Positions 27,592-39,402 of a stretch of 64,000 nt of DNA are shown here, in pieces. Each line of letters opens with the position of its first letter. Positions within the stretch are counted from its first letter, which is position 1. The DNA lies in NCBI RefSeq assembly GCF_006345805.1, contig NC_042997.1, positions 142,848,001-142,912,000 of the forward strand, read 5' to 3'. The position numbers were made by a program, and so were the translations under genes. This DNA comes from Octopus sinensis. Taxonomy: Eukaryota. Under the pieces are notes generated by a model that made no database searches, had not been told where the DNA came from, and was given only the letters and a program-made list of their open reading frames with translations.

Positions 27592-27753
27592 CTTTACCTG
27601 TAGGTTAACAAGGCTACAAATAGTTTCATATAAAGAAATCTTCACAACTGTTCAAGCTTGTCAAATGGAAGCGTTAGTACTCAGCACGCTTGAACAATTG
27701 TAAAGATTCCTTCACATGAAACCTTTGGTAGCCTTGTTAACCCACAAATAAAG
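27592..27753. repeat. Fold-back (inverted repeat) element with degenerate hammerhead-like arms
   Basis: Arms ~27592-27657 and ~27688-27753. The right arm reads gc-TTGAACA-stem-GAAAC-ctttg-GTA-gc. Confidence 0.7.
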
Positions 27754-27813
27754 AATATTTACCTACCAATGCAGGGCTGAACACTCATCCTCACTGCTTG
27801 ATATTAGCCTTTA

Positions 27814-27860
<47 letters not shown>

Positions 27861-28230
27861 AGAAAGAGAGAGAGTATTTTTTGTGTATGCAGTGAGGTGT
27901 ACAACTACTACTGGTGAATTTAGAGTTCCACGTGGAATAAAGTGGTGTGGTTACTATTGTACTTGGTAGTATTACTGATTATGATATACAGAACAAATGT
28001 AGAGAAAAATATATGGGAAACACAAGTTGCAGTTTACATCATTTTGTTTTTCCCTGGACATTTTACCGTTGTGTTTACTTGCATCCTCAGCAGTGGATGT
28101 TCCAAGTGCAAATGGATGCTAAACCACAACAGTTCATCAGGGAAACACTTTACTGCATTTTGTTTACACAGATCAAATGCTTATAAACTGCATCTTTTGT
28201 TTATCATAATATTTTATTTATATGTATAGT

Positions 28231-28279
<49 letters not shown>

Positions 28280-28281
<2 letters not shown>

Positions 28282-28670
28282 TAGCAGTATTGCCCGGCGT
28301 TGCTCGGGTTTGTTTCGACCCTTTAGAATTGGAATTTTTGAAAAGTAAAAATTTTGCATTATGTAGCTAGTTATTCTCTTTAAGTAAGCATTTTTCTGGT
28401 TGAAATACACTGAAAAATGGCGACACAGCAGTAAAAAAATCGTAAAATATAGGGATTTTCATAGAAAAAAAGTACCTTTTTGATGTAAATAATTTTTGAT
28501 GTTATCATGGTCCGATTTGAATTTTTTCTTCTATGGAAGGAAGAGCAAGCCTTCTTCTATCATACTTTCAATTTTGGTCAACTTGCACTGCTGGGTCTCG
28601 GAGGAGATAGTGTTAGTTGAAGGCTACCAAACCTGCCATACACAGACAACTTCAGCTTTATATAGAGAGA
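28280..28670 (+). mobile_element. Non-autonomous Helitron/Helentron-like element
   Basis: Starts ACTAGCAGTATTGCCCGGCGTTGCTCGGG (5' hairpin) after (TA)n and ends cacagacaacttcagctttatatagaga. A related 3' end is at ~34535-34565. Confidence 0.55.
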
Positions 28671-29060
28671 GACATAGTGTACTGTTCCATGATGGGCCGA
28701 TCAACAAAAAAAGTACTCTATTTGGTGGGAGATAAATATTATTTAATAAACACAGTATATTTTTTTTTATGAGCATGCGGTGAAAACAACTCAGACAACA
28801 TTCTTTAACATGTTTGGTGTCTTCACACTCCTCAGAGCCCGAGGATCACATGAAAGCACCAGACATGTTATAAAATGTTATCTGAGTTGTTTTCATTGCA
28901 TGAAACTATTAGTAGCTCATAAAATATATATACTTTGTTATAAGTGTTTATCTGCTTACATGCAAGCATTTAGATGCAAAACAAGGTGTAGAAAATGGCA
29001 CTTAAATACCAAGAATAGAGTAAAATAGTGTTTTATTGATGCTGAAAATATTTTACAAAT

Positions 29061-31808
29061 TGTTACTCAGAGTTTCATAAGAAAACCATGATTTTTTTAA
29101 ACAATAAAATTGTTTGTAAATCTTTATAAACAACACTGTGATAATTATTTAGTAATTCATCAAATACACATTTATAGCTGATTGGACAGGGTGTTATTAC
29201 TTTTGAAAATAACAGGAATCACTTAGATGAAAACAACTGAACATTGACAAAAAACATAAACATGAGCCTTTTATTTCCTTTAAGGGGCACAAGGTTAGTT
29301 TTAGTAGCAACCCTAAGTGTAGGCTTATAAACCTGGTGATGACTGAAATAAATATATTTAGCAAAAATATTTTAGATTTTGCCTTATTTAGGAATAGAAA
29401 ACGTTATAGAACTCTCCTTATGTGGAAAAAACATGTCTGTTATAAACTAGTTTAAGAACATTAAATATGGGAACAATAAACAGAATTGTAGATTTACTTA
29501 ATTTGATTTGATGAACTTTTACCTGTCTACTACAATAAGACCTCTGTTATTAAAAGTCCCAAATTTTACTAAAAGCATACGTACCCATCAGTGACCCAGA
29601 CACTGATATCATCCTGCTTGCCAGGAAATCATTGCTATTTTTGCTCTACCTAGGTTACAAAAAATGGCAATGAATTGTTCAATGGATGCATATGATGGAT
29701 CGAAATTATGTATGCTTAAAGCGACATATATTCTGGATTGTTTACATACAGAGTTTCCATATTTAAGTGTGAGTGTATAAAGGGATGATGGCCTTATTAT
29801 AAGCAGCAATATGAATGGGTATTAGCTTGGTAGACTCAGGAAGAATCTTTTTGCATTTTTCCAGCATATGGGCTTAAGGAACTCATTTGACACAGACATT
29901 GGTTGTGTCAACTTTTTAGATATCACTTTACATCTACAATCTCACAGTTTTAGACCTTATCACAAGCTAAATAAAAGGTTGTTTCATATTAAGAATCCTG
30001 AGCACCCGCCCTGTATGCTTTAAAAATATAGTTCGTAATAAAGCTGATTGGATCTTCCATTTGTCATCTGATGAGGTGGGTTTCAACATAGTCTCTTCTT
30101 CCTACGTTGATGGTTTTAGGAATTGCAAATTCTCCAAGCAGATCCTTAACATTGGCATTAAAAATAATCCCAAGAGATCCTACAGAACTAGAACTAGAAT
30201 GGCTCAGCCCAACATTTAGTATGAATGTCAAAACTAATGTAGCAAGAGAATTTCAAAATTTATTATCTAGGCATTTCTCCAGGGGACCACGAAAATCAAG
30301 TATTCTTGCCGTAAAAATTTTGCCATGTTTGTTAACCAGCATGATGTGAGTAGACTTGATAAATCTAATGGATGTGATGACAACCCTAAGTGCAATTATA
30401 AAGATCTTAATAACTGACCAATCAAGGAATTTGTATATAGGGTTAAGATCCAGGTTGGTAATAGCCCTGTATAAAAAAAACTTACATTGGAATCACAGAA
30501 AACAGCTTCTAGATGAGATTTTATCTTCACAAAAATTCCTTTAAATACCAGAAAAAAGGTTATCAATATGTTTATCAAAATGCATGGCAATTGAAAGAAA
30601 TTGGCTTTGCTCCTTTCAAAATTCAATGGTTTGAAAGAGAAAGCCCATACAGGCATGGTTCCTACCGCCACTCTATGAAATGCCCATTATACTAAGCAAA
30701 AAATATTTCAGTCTATTTCAAGACAAAATTAGCCTTGAACTATAAATCTAAACTATTGAATTGTTGTAGACATTCTTCAAAATTTCTGATTTCAAGACCT
30801 TTGCCACCAAATACATTGCCATTTCTCATTATTGTATATGTTTCACTCTTTTTTTCTCCGAATATGTTGGAAGTGTTTTTCGTAGTTTTGAACTTGATGT
30901 TTTCTTCTGACTGTCGCATTCGATCTTTTTTTATAATTTTATAAGTTTTTTTTTATTTTGTCTAATTTTTTATAAACCAGAATATAGGCTATGCACACAT
31001 TTATCATATATTATTGTATTTTATATTATTTTGTTGCTCATTTTAAAAAAATTATCACTCCTACCTTGAATTAATTAGATTGATTCTTACCATGTCCTTA
31101 CATATTTCAGAATTAGATTTCATGTTTTATTTTGATCAGCCATTTTTCTGTATGTGTCCATTTTTTCTGTTTGTTTTTTAGGGTGTTTTTTTTTTGTTCC
31201 ACCTTCACATACTTCAGTAATCTATCTATCTAATTTCTCTAGCTAATGTGTACTTTCTTCAGCTAATGTGTACTTTCTTCTCCCGCTATTTGTTTTTCCA
31301 TATTTGATACAAATTGTCAATTGTGACTGCCCTGTCATCCTCTTTACCTTTACCTTTTCTCCTCTACTCCCCTTTTTCTATTTTTTTTCCTACCTGTCAT
31401 AAACAACCCTCCACATCCCTACTTCTTTAGGGCAAGCTTACTTATTTATTATTTACATTGCTACTCATTGTCCTTGTCTTAATTTTGATTTTTTTCTTTA
31501 ATATACATTTACTCACTCTTGATATCTGAAGGTGCTTTTTTTCCCCCATTGCCTATCATATCTATTTCCTTGTTTGTAGGCAATTCATGTGCTTCTGTTC
31601 TTTCTTTTTTCATCGAAAGTCAATCATTTTCATCTAACAGATTCCTGTTATTTCGAAAAGTAATAACAGTAACACGCTGTTTTTCAAATGTTTATTTGAT
31701 GAGTAACTAAATTATTATCAGTGTTGTTTATAAACATTTACAAACTAACATATTGTACAAAGCACACATGCCTGCTTGATTATCAGTTCTGTGAAACTCT
31801 GAGTAACA
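29061..31808 (+). mobile_element. Degenerate Penelope-like retroelement (Naiad-type RT + GIY-YIG) with inverted terminal segments
   Basis: Broken ORF ~29470-30815: FDLMNFY, MDAYDGSKLCML..YIL, (Y)RDDGL, VNFLDITL, HPP, WLSPTFSMNVKTNVAREF, CxCx5C, YIGITENSF.MRFYLHKNSF, LNYKSKLLNCCRHSSKFL. ~29061-29270 is the reverse complement of ~31585-31808. Confidence 0.88.
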
Positions 31809-31827
31809 GTAAATTGTTATATATGTA

Positions 31828-32041
31828 AGGCAGCAAGCAGGCAGAAACATTAGCATGCCAGGCAAAATGCTTAGCGGTATTTCGTCTGTCTTTACGTTCT
31901 GAGTTCAAATTCTGCTGAGGTCAGCTTTGCCTTTCATCCTTTCAGAGTCAATAAATTGAGTACCAGTTACGTACTGGGGTTGATCTAATCGACTGGTTCC
32001 CTCCCCAAAAATTTCGGACCTTGTGCCTAGAGTAGGAAAAA
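31828..32041 (+). mobile_element. Second-family SINE with 18-bp TSD
   Basis: TAAATTGTTATATATGTA duplicated on both sides (31810-31827 and 32042-32059). Confidence 0.9.
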
Positions 32042-32087
32042 TAAATTGTTATATATGTATAAGCATATGATCATACATGTGTGTATG

Positions 32088-32119
<32 letters not shown>

Positions 32120-33042
32120 AAATATATCTGTATGTTTATGTATATAATATATTTATATATATACACACACCCACACTTACATAATATATATGTATATTTA
32201 TATATGTGTGTATATATATATATGTACACACACACAAATCACAAACACACAACTTTATATATGGTAGTATAGCTTCTAAACAGAGAAAGACATGTTCAAT
32301 AGAAATTGAATTTGTGACATTTTTTGTTTTTCAAAACCATAGTCTCCAGTAATTAAAACCAGGAAATTCACAGAAATTTTCCAATAATAATGGTGGTGTT
32401 GATCATAATAATGATAATAATAATAATAATAAATGTCCTGATGCAGTACCAGACAGTGGCTATGCTCTGATGCACTACCAGGCAATGGCTGTCATGGCTT
32501 CTGATCTTAACTGACTGGAAGTATTATCATGTATATTGTTTTGTCTTGGTGTAAAAAATGGGCTACAGCAAATATTCTGCTCAATACCACAGATTTGCAT
32601 GTCAGTTTTTTGACCATAACCAGTTAAGCATGTCCCTTAGTGGCTGAAGATATGTGCATCTCTGATCACGAGCAGAGGTAATGGGGGAGCATCATAGCTA
32701 TGTGTTGAGAGGAATTATTTGGGGTTTGGATAATTCACCTCTGGAAACATGGGTGTTTCATTCAATATCCTTAAACAACCCTTATTCAGGGACCTTCTGA
32801 GTAGGATGGGCTACATGACCTGAAGAAAATTCTAACTGGGCCCCACTTGCAAGGTCATGTGCTGTTTATCTTGGTATGAGATCACCATGTTGTACACATT
32901 GTGATGCATGTACCTGGTGTATAATTATCAGACAGGCAGTCATGATGAGTATACTAGGCTTCATATATTTTACCCCAGTGTCACTTTGATGGCATGCACT
33001 GCCCTCTCACTCAATAATAATAATAACAATAACAATAATAAT

Positions 33043-33345
33043 GATCCCTGGCTTACCATCCCTGCAAGAAGTGCAAAAGATTGTCTTAACTGGTACATCA
33101 CATGTATTGAGAAGAGCATTGTCGATGTGAGAACTATTACTACCCATGTATTTTAATTTAACTTTATTTCTATCAAAAAAAAAACAAAAAAAAGTGAACG
33201 AACTAGTGAGTTTAGTTTAATGGCCTACCAATGTATACTATGAGTTTCTTTGCCCTAGGAGTCGGGAAAACACTCGGCAAGAAATGGAAGCAATTTTGAA
33301 AGAAGAAGAAAAACCTATAAATAATAATAATAATAATAATAATGA
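33043..33345 (+). mobile_element. R4/Dong-type LINE 3' end within (TAA)n
   Basis: IPGLPSLQEVQKIVLTGTSHVLRRALSM*, then a 3' UTR and (TAA)n tail. Preceded by (TAA)n. Confidence 0.75.
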
Positions 33346-34224
33346 TAAATGTTTAGATGTGATCAAGATACAGGGACTATTTCTGGAGCAACTCTACCTG
33401 GCTTCTTATTGAAATGATGGTTTAGAATTAGAGGAAATGTTCAGTTTGAAAAAACAAAAAATATTCTACACACACACACACACACACATATGTATATACA
33501 TATTTATATCTACACACATATACATACTAAATCATAATATGAAAGTTCTACAATGCAAGCTTAATTTAATGTCCAGTAGTAGTATGCTGTATACATGTGC
33601 AAATATATATATGCACAAACACACACACCCTGTCATTTGTATGAATTTAGAAAAAGACACATAGCTCATCAAAGAAAAGCTATATTTGAAAACAAACTGG
33701 TACAAATTATCTAGAGAATCCTTTTATCACAACTATTCAATAAATCTACTGTTAGCACCAATGGCTGTTTCTAAAGGGGTCAAAAGTGTTGACAAGCCTG
33801 AATCAGGTGATCTTTATTTTTGACAGAGTTTTAGTTATGGGGACTTGAAAAATTGTATGGTGTGACTGAGGTGTTGCTTGACCTCTCTCTCAATTACACC
33901 CCACACATGACAGTCAAATGGATTGTGCTTCCTCTTGTCATTAAATAATTCATATATATTTGTGTATGTATATGCATATATATATATATATATATATATA
34001 CAGGTAGGTAGGTATACATAAATGTCAAACAATGAAAATGTGTGCTCAACACCACATTCTTGGGTAGAATTTCTTCATTTGTGCATTAAGGCTACCATTG
34101 GTTTCATGTTAAGAAAAATATTTTAACAATTTTTCAAGCTGATCACATGGAGCAATGCTGTTTTACTCCATTTTGGACAAAAACACGAAGTCTCATTTAT
34201 ACATTTATATTTATATACTCGTAT

Positions 34225-34565
34225 ATAAGCATTTTTAGAGATGTAAACTATAATAGCCATCTCAATATGGCTAACCACAAAGAGGGGGGTGTTACTGTAG
34301 CTTTTTACGTTCTGAGATTTAATAATACATTTTTAGAGAGTTACTTCCCTTATATAATAGCAAAAAAAATGCATTAAAAATGGGAAAAAATGATGGTAAA
34401 ATTTTTTTTTTAAATCGTAGACGTGCGCTAATATCCAGAAGGGCTCGATATGAATCACGACTATAAGATACCCGTTTTGGTTACACTGCACCGCAAAATG
34501 TGGGAGTAGTTAGGAATCTAAATCGTAGGAGACAGACACACAACTTCACTTTTATATATAAAGAT
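34225..34565 (+). mobile_element. Helitron/Helentron-like non-autonomous fragment
   Basis: CpG-containing block ending gacagacacacaacttcacttttatatataaagat, like the end of 28280-28670. Confidence 0.45.
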
Positions 34566-36312
34566 ATATATATATATTTATATTTATATATATATATGAT
34601 TTAAATTCGCTTTGTGTATATATTTGTGTGTGGTGCATGCTGATATATAAAATTCTGTGTATGGTTTTTCTAGAATTCGGGATGCACTTACAATTATCCT
34701 TATGAGGTTGAGTGGCGTGTTTTCAATCGTGGTTGTTACACGTAGTAACACAAAAATTTACGACAAGGAGACACACAATTATTTTTTTTTTATGCTTATG
34801 ATTACACATATGTATGCGCATATGCATATAACTATATATAGATAGAGAGATTGATATGCTCATTTGTATATTGTCATTGTCAAATATCAAACGATTTTTA
34901 CAGTGCGTTGGTAACACTACAACAAAAGTCTTCCTAATTTAGCTTGAGTTCTCCCATCAGATGAAGCAGCTATAGCATTACCTCATTCTGACTTTTGGTT
35001 TGCCATTTCCTTCCCTAACTAGATGGTCTTTGACCCACAATGAACTCATCCATCCTTTTTTTGTCCTGATAGGTGACCAGATACCTACTTCACAATAGTA
35101 GCACACTACTCAGGTGGGGAGGCCAGTTTAGTCAACCATGGAACAAATAGTACACCAGTGGCAGTTCTCTTCAGTCTGTGATGAGAGCCCTGATTTGACT
35201 TTGACATTTGTATATATATATATAAAGGCGGTGAGCAGGCTAAATAGTTAGCACACCATTCAAAATGCTTAGCAGTATTTCATCCATCTTCACGTTCTGA
35301 GTTCAAGTTCTGCCAAGGTCAACTTTGCCTTTCAACCTTTCAGGGTCAACAAAATAAGTACCAGTTGAACACCAGGGTTAATGTAATTGACTAACCCTTC
35401 ACTCAAAATGCTGGCCTTGTGCCAGAATGTGAAACCAATGTATATAATATATGTATGTTTATATGTATAGATTGTATAATGTTCATGTATAATATATAGA
35501 TCATAAGTAAATATGTGTGGTGTGTTAGCATGAGTGTATATGTATGTGTGTGTGTGTGTGTATATTCTTTTATTAGTTCCAGCCCAAGCTTCACCTATAG
35601 GAAACACTACCTCTACTATTTCTACTGCTTCTAAAGACCTCCAGTAGACAATAGATTCAGTGTAGCTATCATAGTTGCATATCTCTATGACATGAGGCTT
35701 ACATAAGTAATTCAGTCAGATTGCATGCAGAAATGCCAATCCAGTCTTAATGGGGTAACACCACTGTGCTACACACAAGAAATACACATTTCCTCTTCCT
35801 TGCATAAATCAGCTTTATACTCATAGACATTTCCATATAGATAAATGTATATATGAATATGTGTATTGGTATGTATACTAGTAGTTACAACCGTAAGGTT
35901 ATATTTATATATATGTGTGTGTGTATGCATACACATACATATAATGGCAGTGAGCTCACAGAATCATTAGCATGGTAGATAAAATGCTTAGCAGTATTTC
36001 GTTCATTCTTGCATTCTGAATTCAAATTTCGCCGAGGTCGACTTTGCTTTTCATCCTTTCAGGGTTGATAAAATAAGTACCAGTTGAGCACTGGGGTCAA
36101 TGTAATCAACTTCCCACTCCTCCAAAATTGCTAGCCTTGCGCCCTAATTTGAAACCAATGTATATATATGTATGTATATATACATACATACATACATACA
36201 TATATATATGTGTGTGTATATGTATATGTATGTATATATATATGTGTGTGTATATGTATATATATGTGTATATATATGTATGTATATATATATATGTGTA
36301 TGTATATGTATG

Positions 36313-36374
<62 letters not shown>

Positions 36375-36904
36375 TAGGCTCTCCTGTAAGACAAAAAATA
36401 AGGGTTCTACAATTCCTTGTTGAACAACCTGTACAGCTGATTCGAATTTTTGTGCTGTACATTGGTACACTCCTTCCATCAAATTGACATTGCCTATACA
36501 GGCGCATGTGTATCACATATCAGATATCAAAGTGATCTTAGAGGAATCTAAGATGAAGTATTTTGTTTGAGAGCACAACTTGGTTCAGGAATTGAAATCA
36601 CAACTTTGCAATCATAAGTGCAATACTCTAACCACTAGACCATGCATGCTCATATTATATATATGCTTGCTCCCAACCATATGGCTCTGGGTTCAGTCCC
36701 ACTGCATGACACCTTGGGCACATGTCTTCTACTATAGTCTCGGGCTGACCCAAAATATTGTGAGTGGATTTGGTAGGCAGAAATTGAAAAGAGCCTGTCA
36801 CATGTTTATATATATGCATATATATAAACAGACGTATGTATATGTGTATATGGATATGGGCTTGATGTGTAGATACATATATTATATATATATATATATG
36901 TGTG

Positions 36905-37122
36905 TGTTGTGTGAACGCCCCCGAATGATAAGTAGGCTAGCCCAATACATATAAATAATGGACATGATAGCTAGTTGTAGAAATGTCGCATAGAGCGAGC
37001 CGGAGCCATCAGTAGACTAGATGTTAAGTTCTGTTGAGTCGAGTCATCAGAAGTGAGAGTTCGGTAGTTGAGTAGGGGTACGTTATTGGCAAAGACACAC
37101 CATCTGAATGTGTGATATAACA
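36905..37122. mobile_element. Candidate solo LTR
   Basis: 218-bp CpG-rich island with TGTTGT...ATAACA termini, embedded in TG/TA microsatellite. TSD obscured. Confidence 0.5.
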
Positions 37123-37157
<35 letters not shown>

Positions 37158-37289
37158 AATTAGAGAAAAACCACAATTATGCAATTCAATGATAGACATA
37201 AACCAAATCATAAATAAAATATATTTTAAAACATATAACTAGATCACCAAAAATGCAAAAATGAATAAACAATATATAATATGTAAAAA

Positions 37290-37368
37290 GACTATGTACA
37301 TTTCATGGCTATAATTTAAATTTAATCAAAAAACAATTCAATTTAAAATTATAGTCACTCCTCAGGTC
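37290..37368 (-). ncRNA. Hammerhead ribozyme motif (left arm, minus strand)
   Basis: gac-CTGAGGA-[gtgactataattt...aaattatagccat]-GAAAT-gtac-ATA-gtc. Confidence 0.75.
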
Positions 37369-37476
37369 AACAATAATAGTTAAATAAATAAGCAAATAGA
37401 ATTAAACAATCATGATTTTATTTCTTTAAGAAATATTGTTTAATTCTATTTGCTTATTTATTTAACTATTACTGTT

Positions 37477-37578
37477 GACCTGAGGAGTGACTATAATTTT
37501 AAATTGAATTGTTTTTCGATTAAATTTAAATTTAATTGCAATTCGAATTTAAATTATAGCCATGAAACGTATGTAGTC
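37477..37578 (+). ncRNA. Hammerhead ribozyme motif (type I, minimal stem III)
   Basis: gac-CTGAGGA-[gtgactataattt...aaattatagccat]-GAAAC-gtat-GTA-gtc. Confidence 0.8.
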
Positions 37579-37847
37579 TTTTTACATATTATATATTGTT
37601 TATTCATTTTTGTATTTTTTGTGATCTAGTTATATGTTTTAAAATATATTTTATTTTTTATTTATGATTTGGTTTATGTCTATCATTGTTTGAATTGCAT
37701 AAGAGTGGCTTTTCTCTAATTTATATATATTATATATTTATATTGTGAAATTTGATTTAATACTAAATTGAATTTTTCCCTGTAAATTTTGAGTTATACT
37801 CCCTATTATTATTATTATTAATATTACTTTATATATATATATATATA

Positions 37848-38127
37848 TAATAGTAGGGAATATAAAATTCCAAACTAATTGAGAAAAATTCAGTTTAGCC
37901 ATGCTAAATCAAATTTCACAAAATATAATATATATATATAATTAAGAGAAATAGCCTCTATTAAGTAATTCAATTGAGAATGAAAGATATATATATTAAA
38001 TCATATAGAAAAAATTTTAATATATTATAATAAATATTATTCTAATTTAATCACTAATTTAAATAAACTTTAGAATGATATTTATTATAATATTTTTAAA
38101 TTTTTCCTATATGATTTAATATATATG
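37848..38127 (-). mobile_element. Related fold-back element, deleted derivative without a hammerhead
   Basis: Inverted copy of the family tail at 37848-37925, terminus attaagagaaatagcc, inverted repeat ~37988-38046 / 38071-38127. Confidence 0.6.
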
Positions 38128-38569
38128 TCTGATAGAGAGACTGAAATAGGTGTCTTGCTGAAGAGGAGATACATGATGTCCCAGCAGGAAAGAGAGAAAA
38201 GAGATGGTGAGGACACACCCTCAAGATACAAGGTGAATCTAAGAGAGAGAATGGAGATTGAAGATCATAAAGGGTGGTTTGGTAGGTAAATTCACAAGAG
38301 AATGTTCAGAGAGTGACAGAGATGGATGTGAATAGGGTACCTGGATGAAGGAGTTGTCAATGGTACATATTAATTTGAAGGGAAAAGTGTAGGACATAGG
38401 AGTAGGTCATGGAGTAGGAGGTGGTAGATGAAAATTATAGGGAGATGATATGAATTGTAAGGGAAGAGTAGTGTTATAGTTAGAAGAGTGATTGAAGGAT
38501 GGGTGTAAGAAGAGGATTTATGGTGAAAGGTTTGGCAGGACCTCGTTATTGCTGAGATGGACAAGCCTT

Positions 38570-38940
38570 TTCAAATGGATCATGAATCATTTTGATCCTT
38601 TGTCATCTCCATAGTGAAGCTCAACATCTGAAGGTCAGTCTTCTCTACTTCGTCCCATGTCTTCCTGGGTTTCCCTCTTCTGCAAGTTCTGTCCACATTT
38701 AGCAATTGCCACTTCTTTATGCAGCTATCTGCATCATGCCCAGTTCTTCTCTCAACACATTTGTACTTTGTTGTTCATACACATTAACATCCTGCATCCA
38801 GTGGAACATGCCAGCTTTATGTCTGTCTAGTCTACACATTACCTCTGCATTTGTGGCTTGAGTTTCACTACCATGCAGCATTGCTGTTTGTACACAAGCA
38901 CCATGCAGTCTACCGTTCATTCTGAGACAGACCTTGTTTG
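38570..38940 (-). mobile_element. RTE-clade LINE ORF fragment
   Basis: GRLHGACVQTAMLHGSETQ...RLDRHKAGMFHWM..V......LREELG, a decayed form of the RTE post-RT motif LY..CV...MLYGSETW..RL.R.E..MLRWM. Confidence 0.8.
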
Positions 38941-39235
38941 TGTATGTATGTGTGTATATGTACATATATATATATGCATGCACACACACACACATATAAA
39001 TAAATGTTAGGTTTGTTAAGTGATAAATCACAATAAATGATTCTTGATGAATGAACTCAATACAGATAGCTGGGTAAACTTTATTGTATATCAAGTTTGA
39101 CTATAATTTCAGGTTTCACTTCTTACCTTCAACTCTCTCATCAAGTTCTGAAAATATTCAGTAGCTGCTCTCTCTCTCTTCCTCCCTTTCTCTCTCTCTC
39201 TCTCTCTATCTATCTCTATCCATGTATACATCATG

Positions 39236-39281
<46 letters not shown>

Positions 39282-39307
39282 GTATATATATATATACATA
39301 TATATAT

Positions 39308-39338
<31 letters not shown>

Positions 39339-39363
39339 CACACACCACACACACACATATATA

Positions 39364-39402
<39 letters not shown>

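Larger units (their letters stand above)
37157..37815. mobile_element. Palindromic non-coding element with a hammerhead ribozyme in each arm plus a unique tail
   Basis: Arms 37157-37410 and 37435-37722 are near-perfect reverse complements with a 24-nt loop. The tail 37740-37815 is related to 47995-48070 and to 37848-37925 (inverted). Confidence 0.85.

Noticed and set aside
27942-28229. Two overlapping 79-95 aa ORFs
   Set aside because: No recognisable motif or convincing splice sites.
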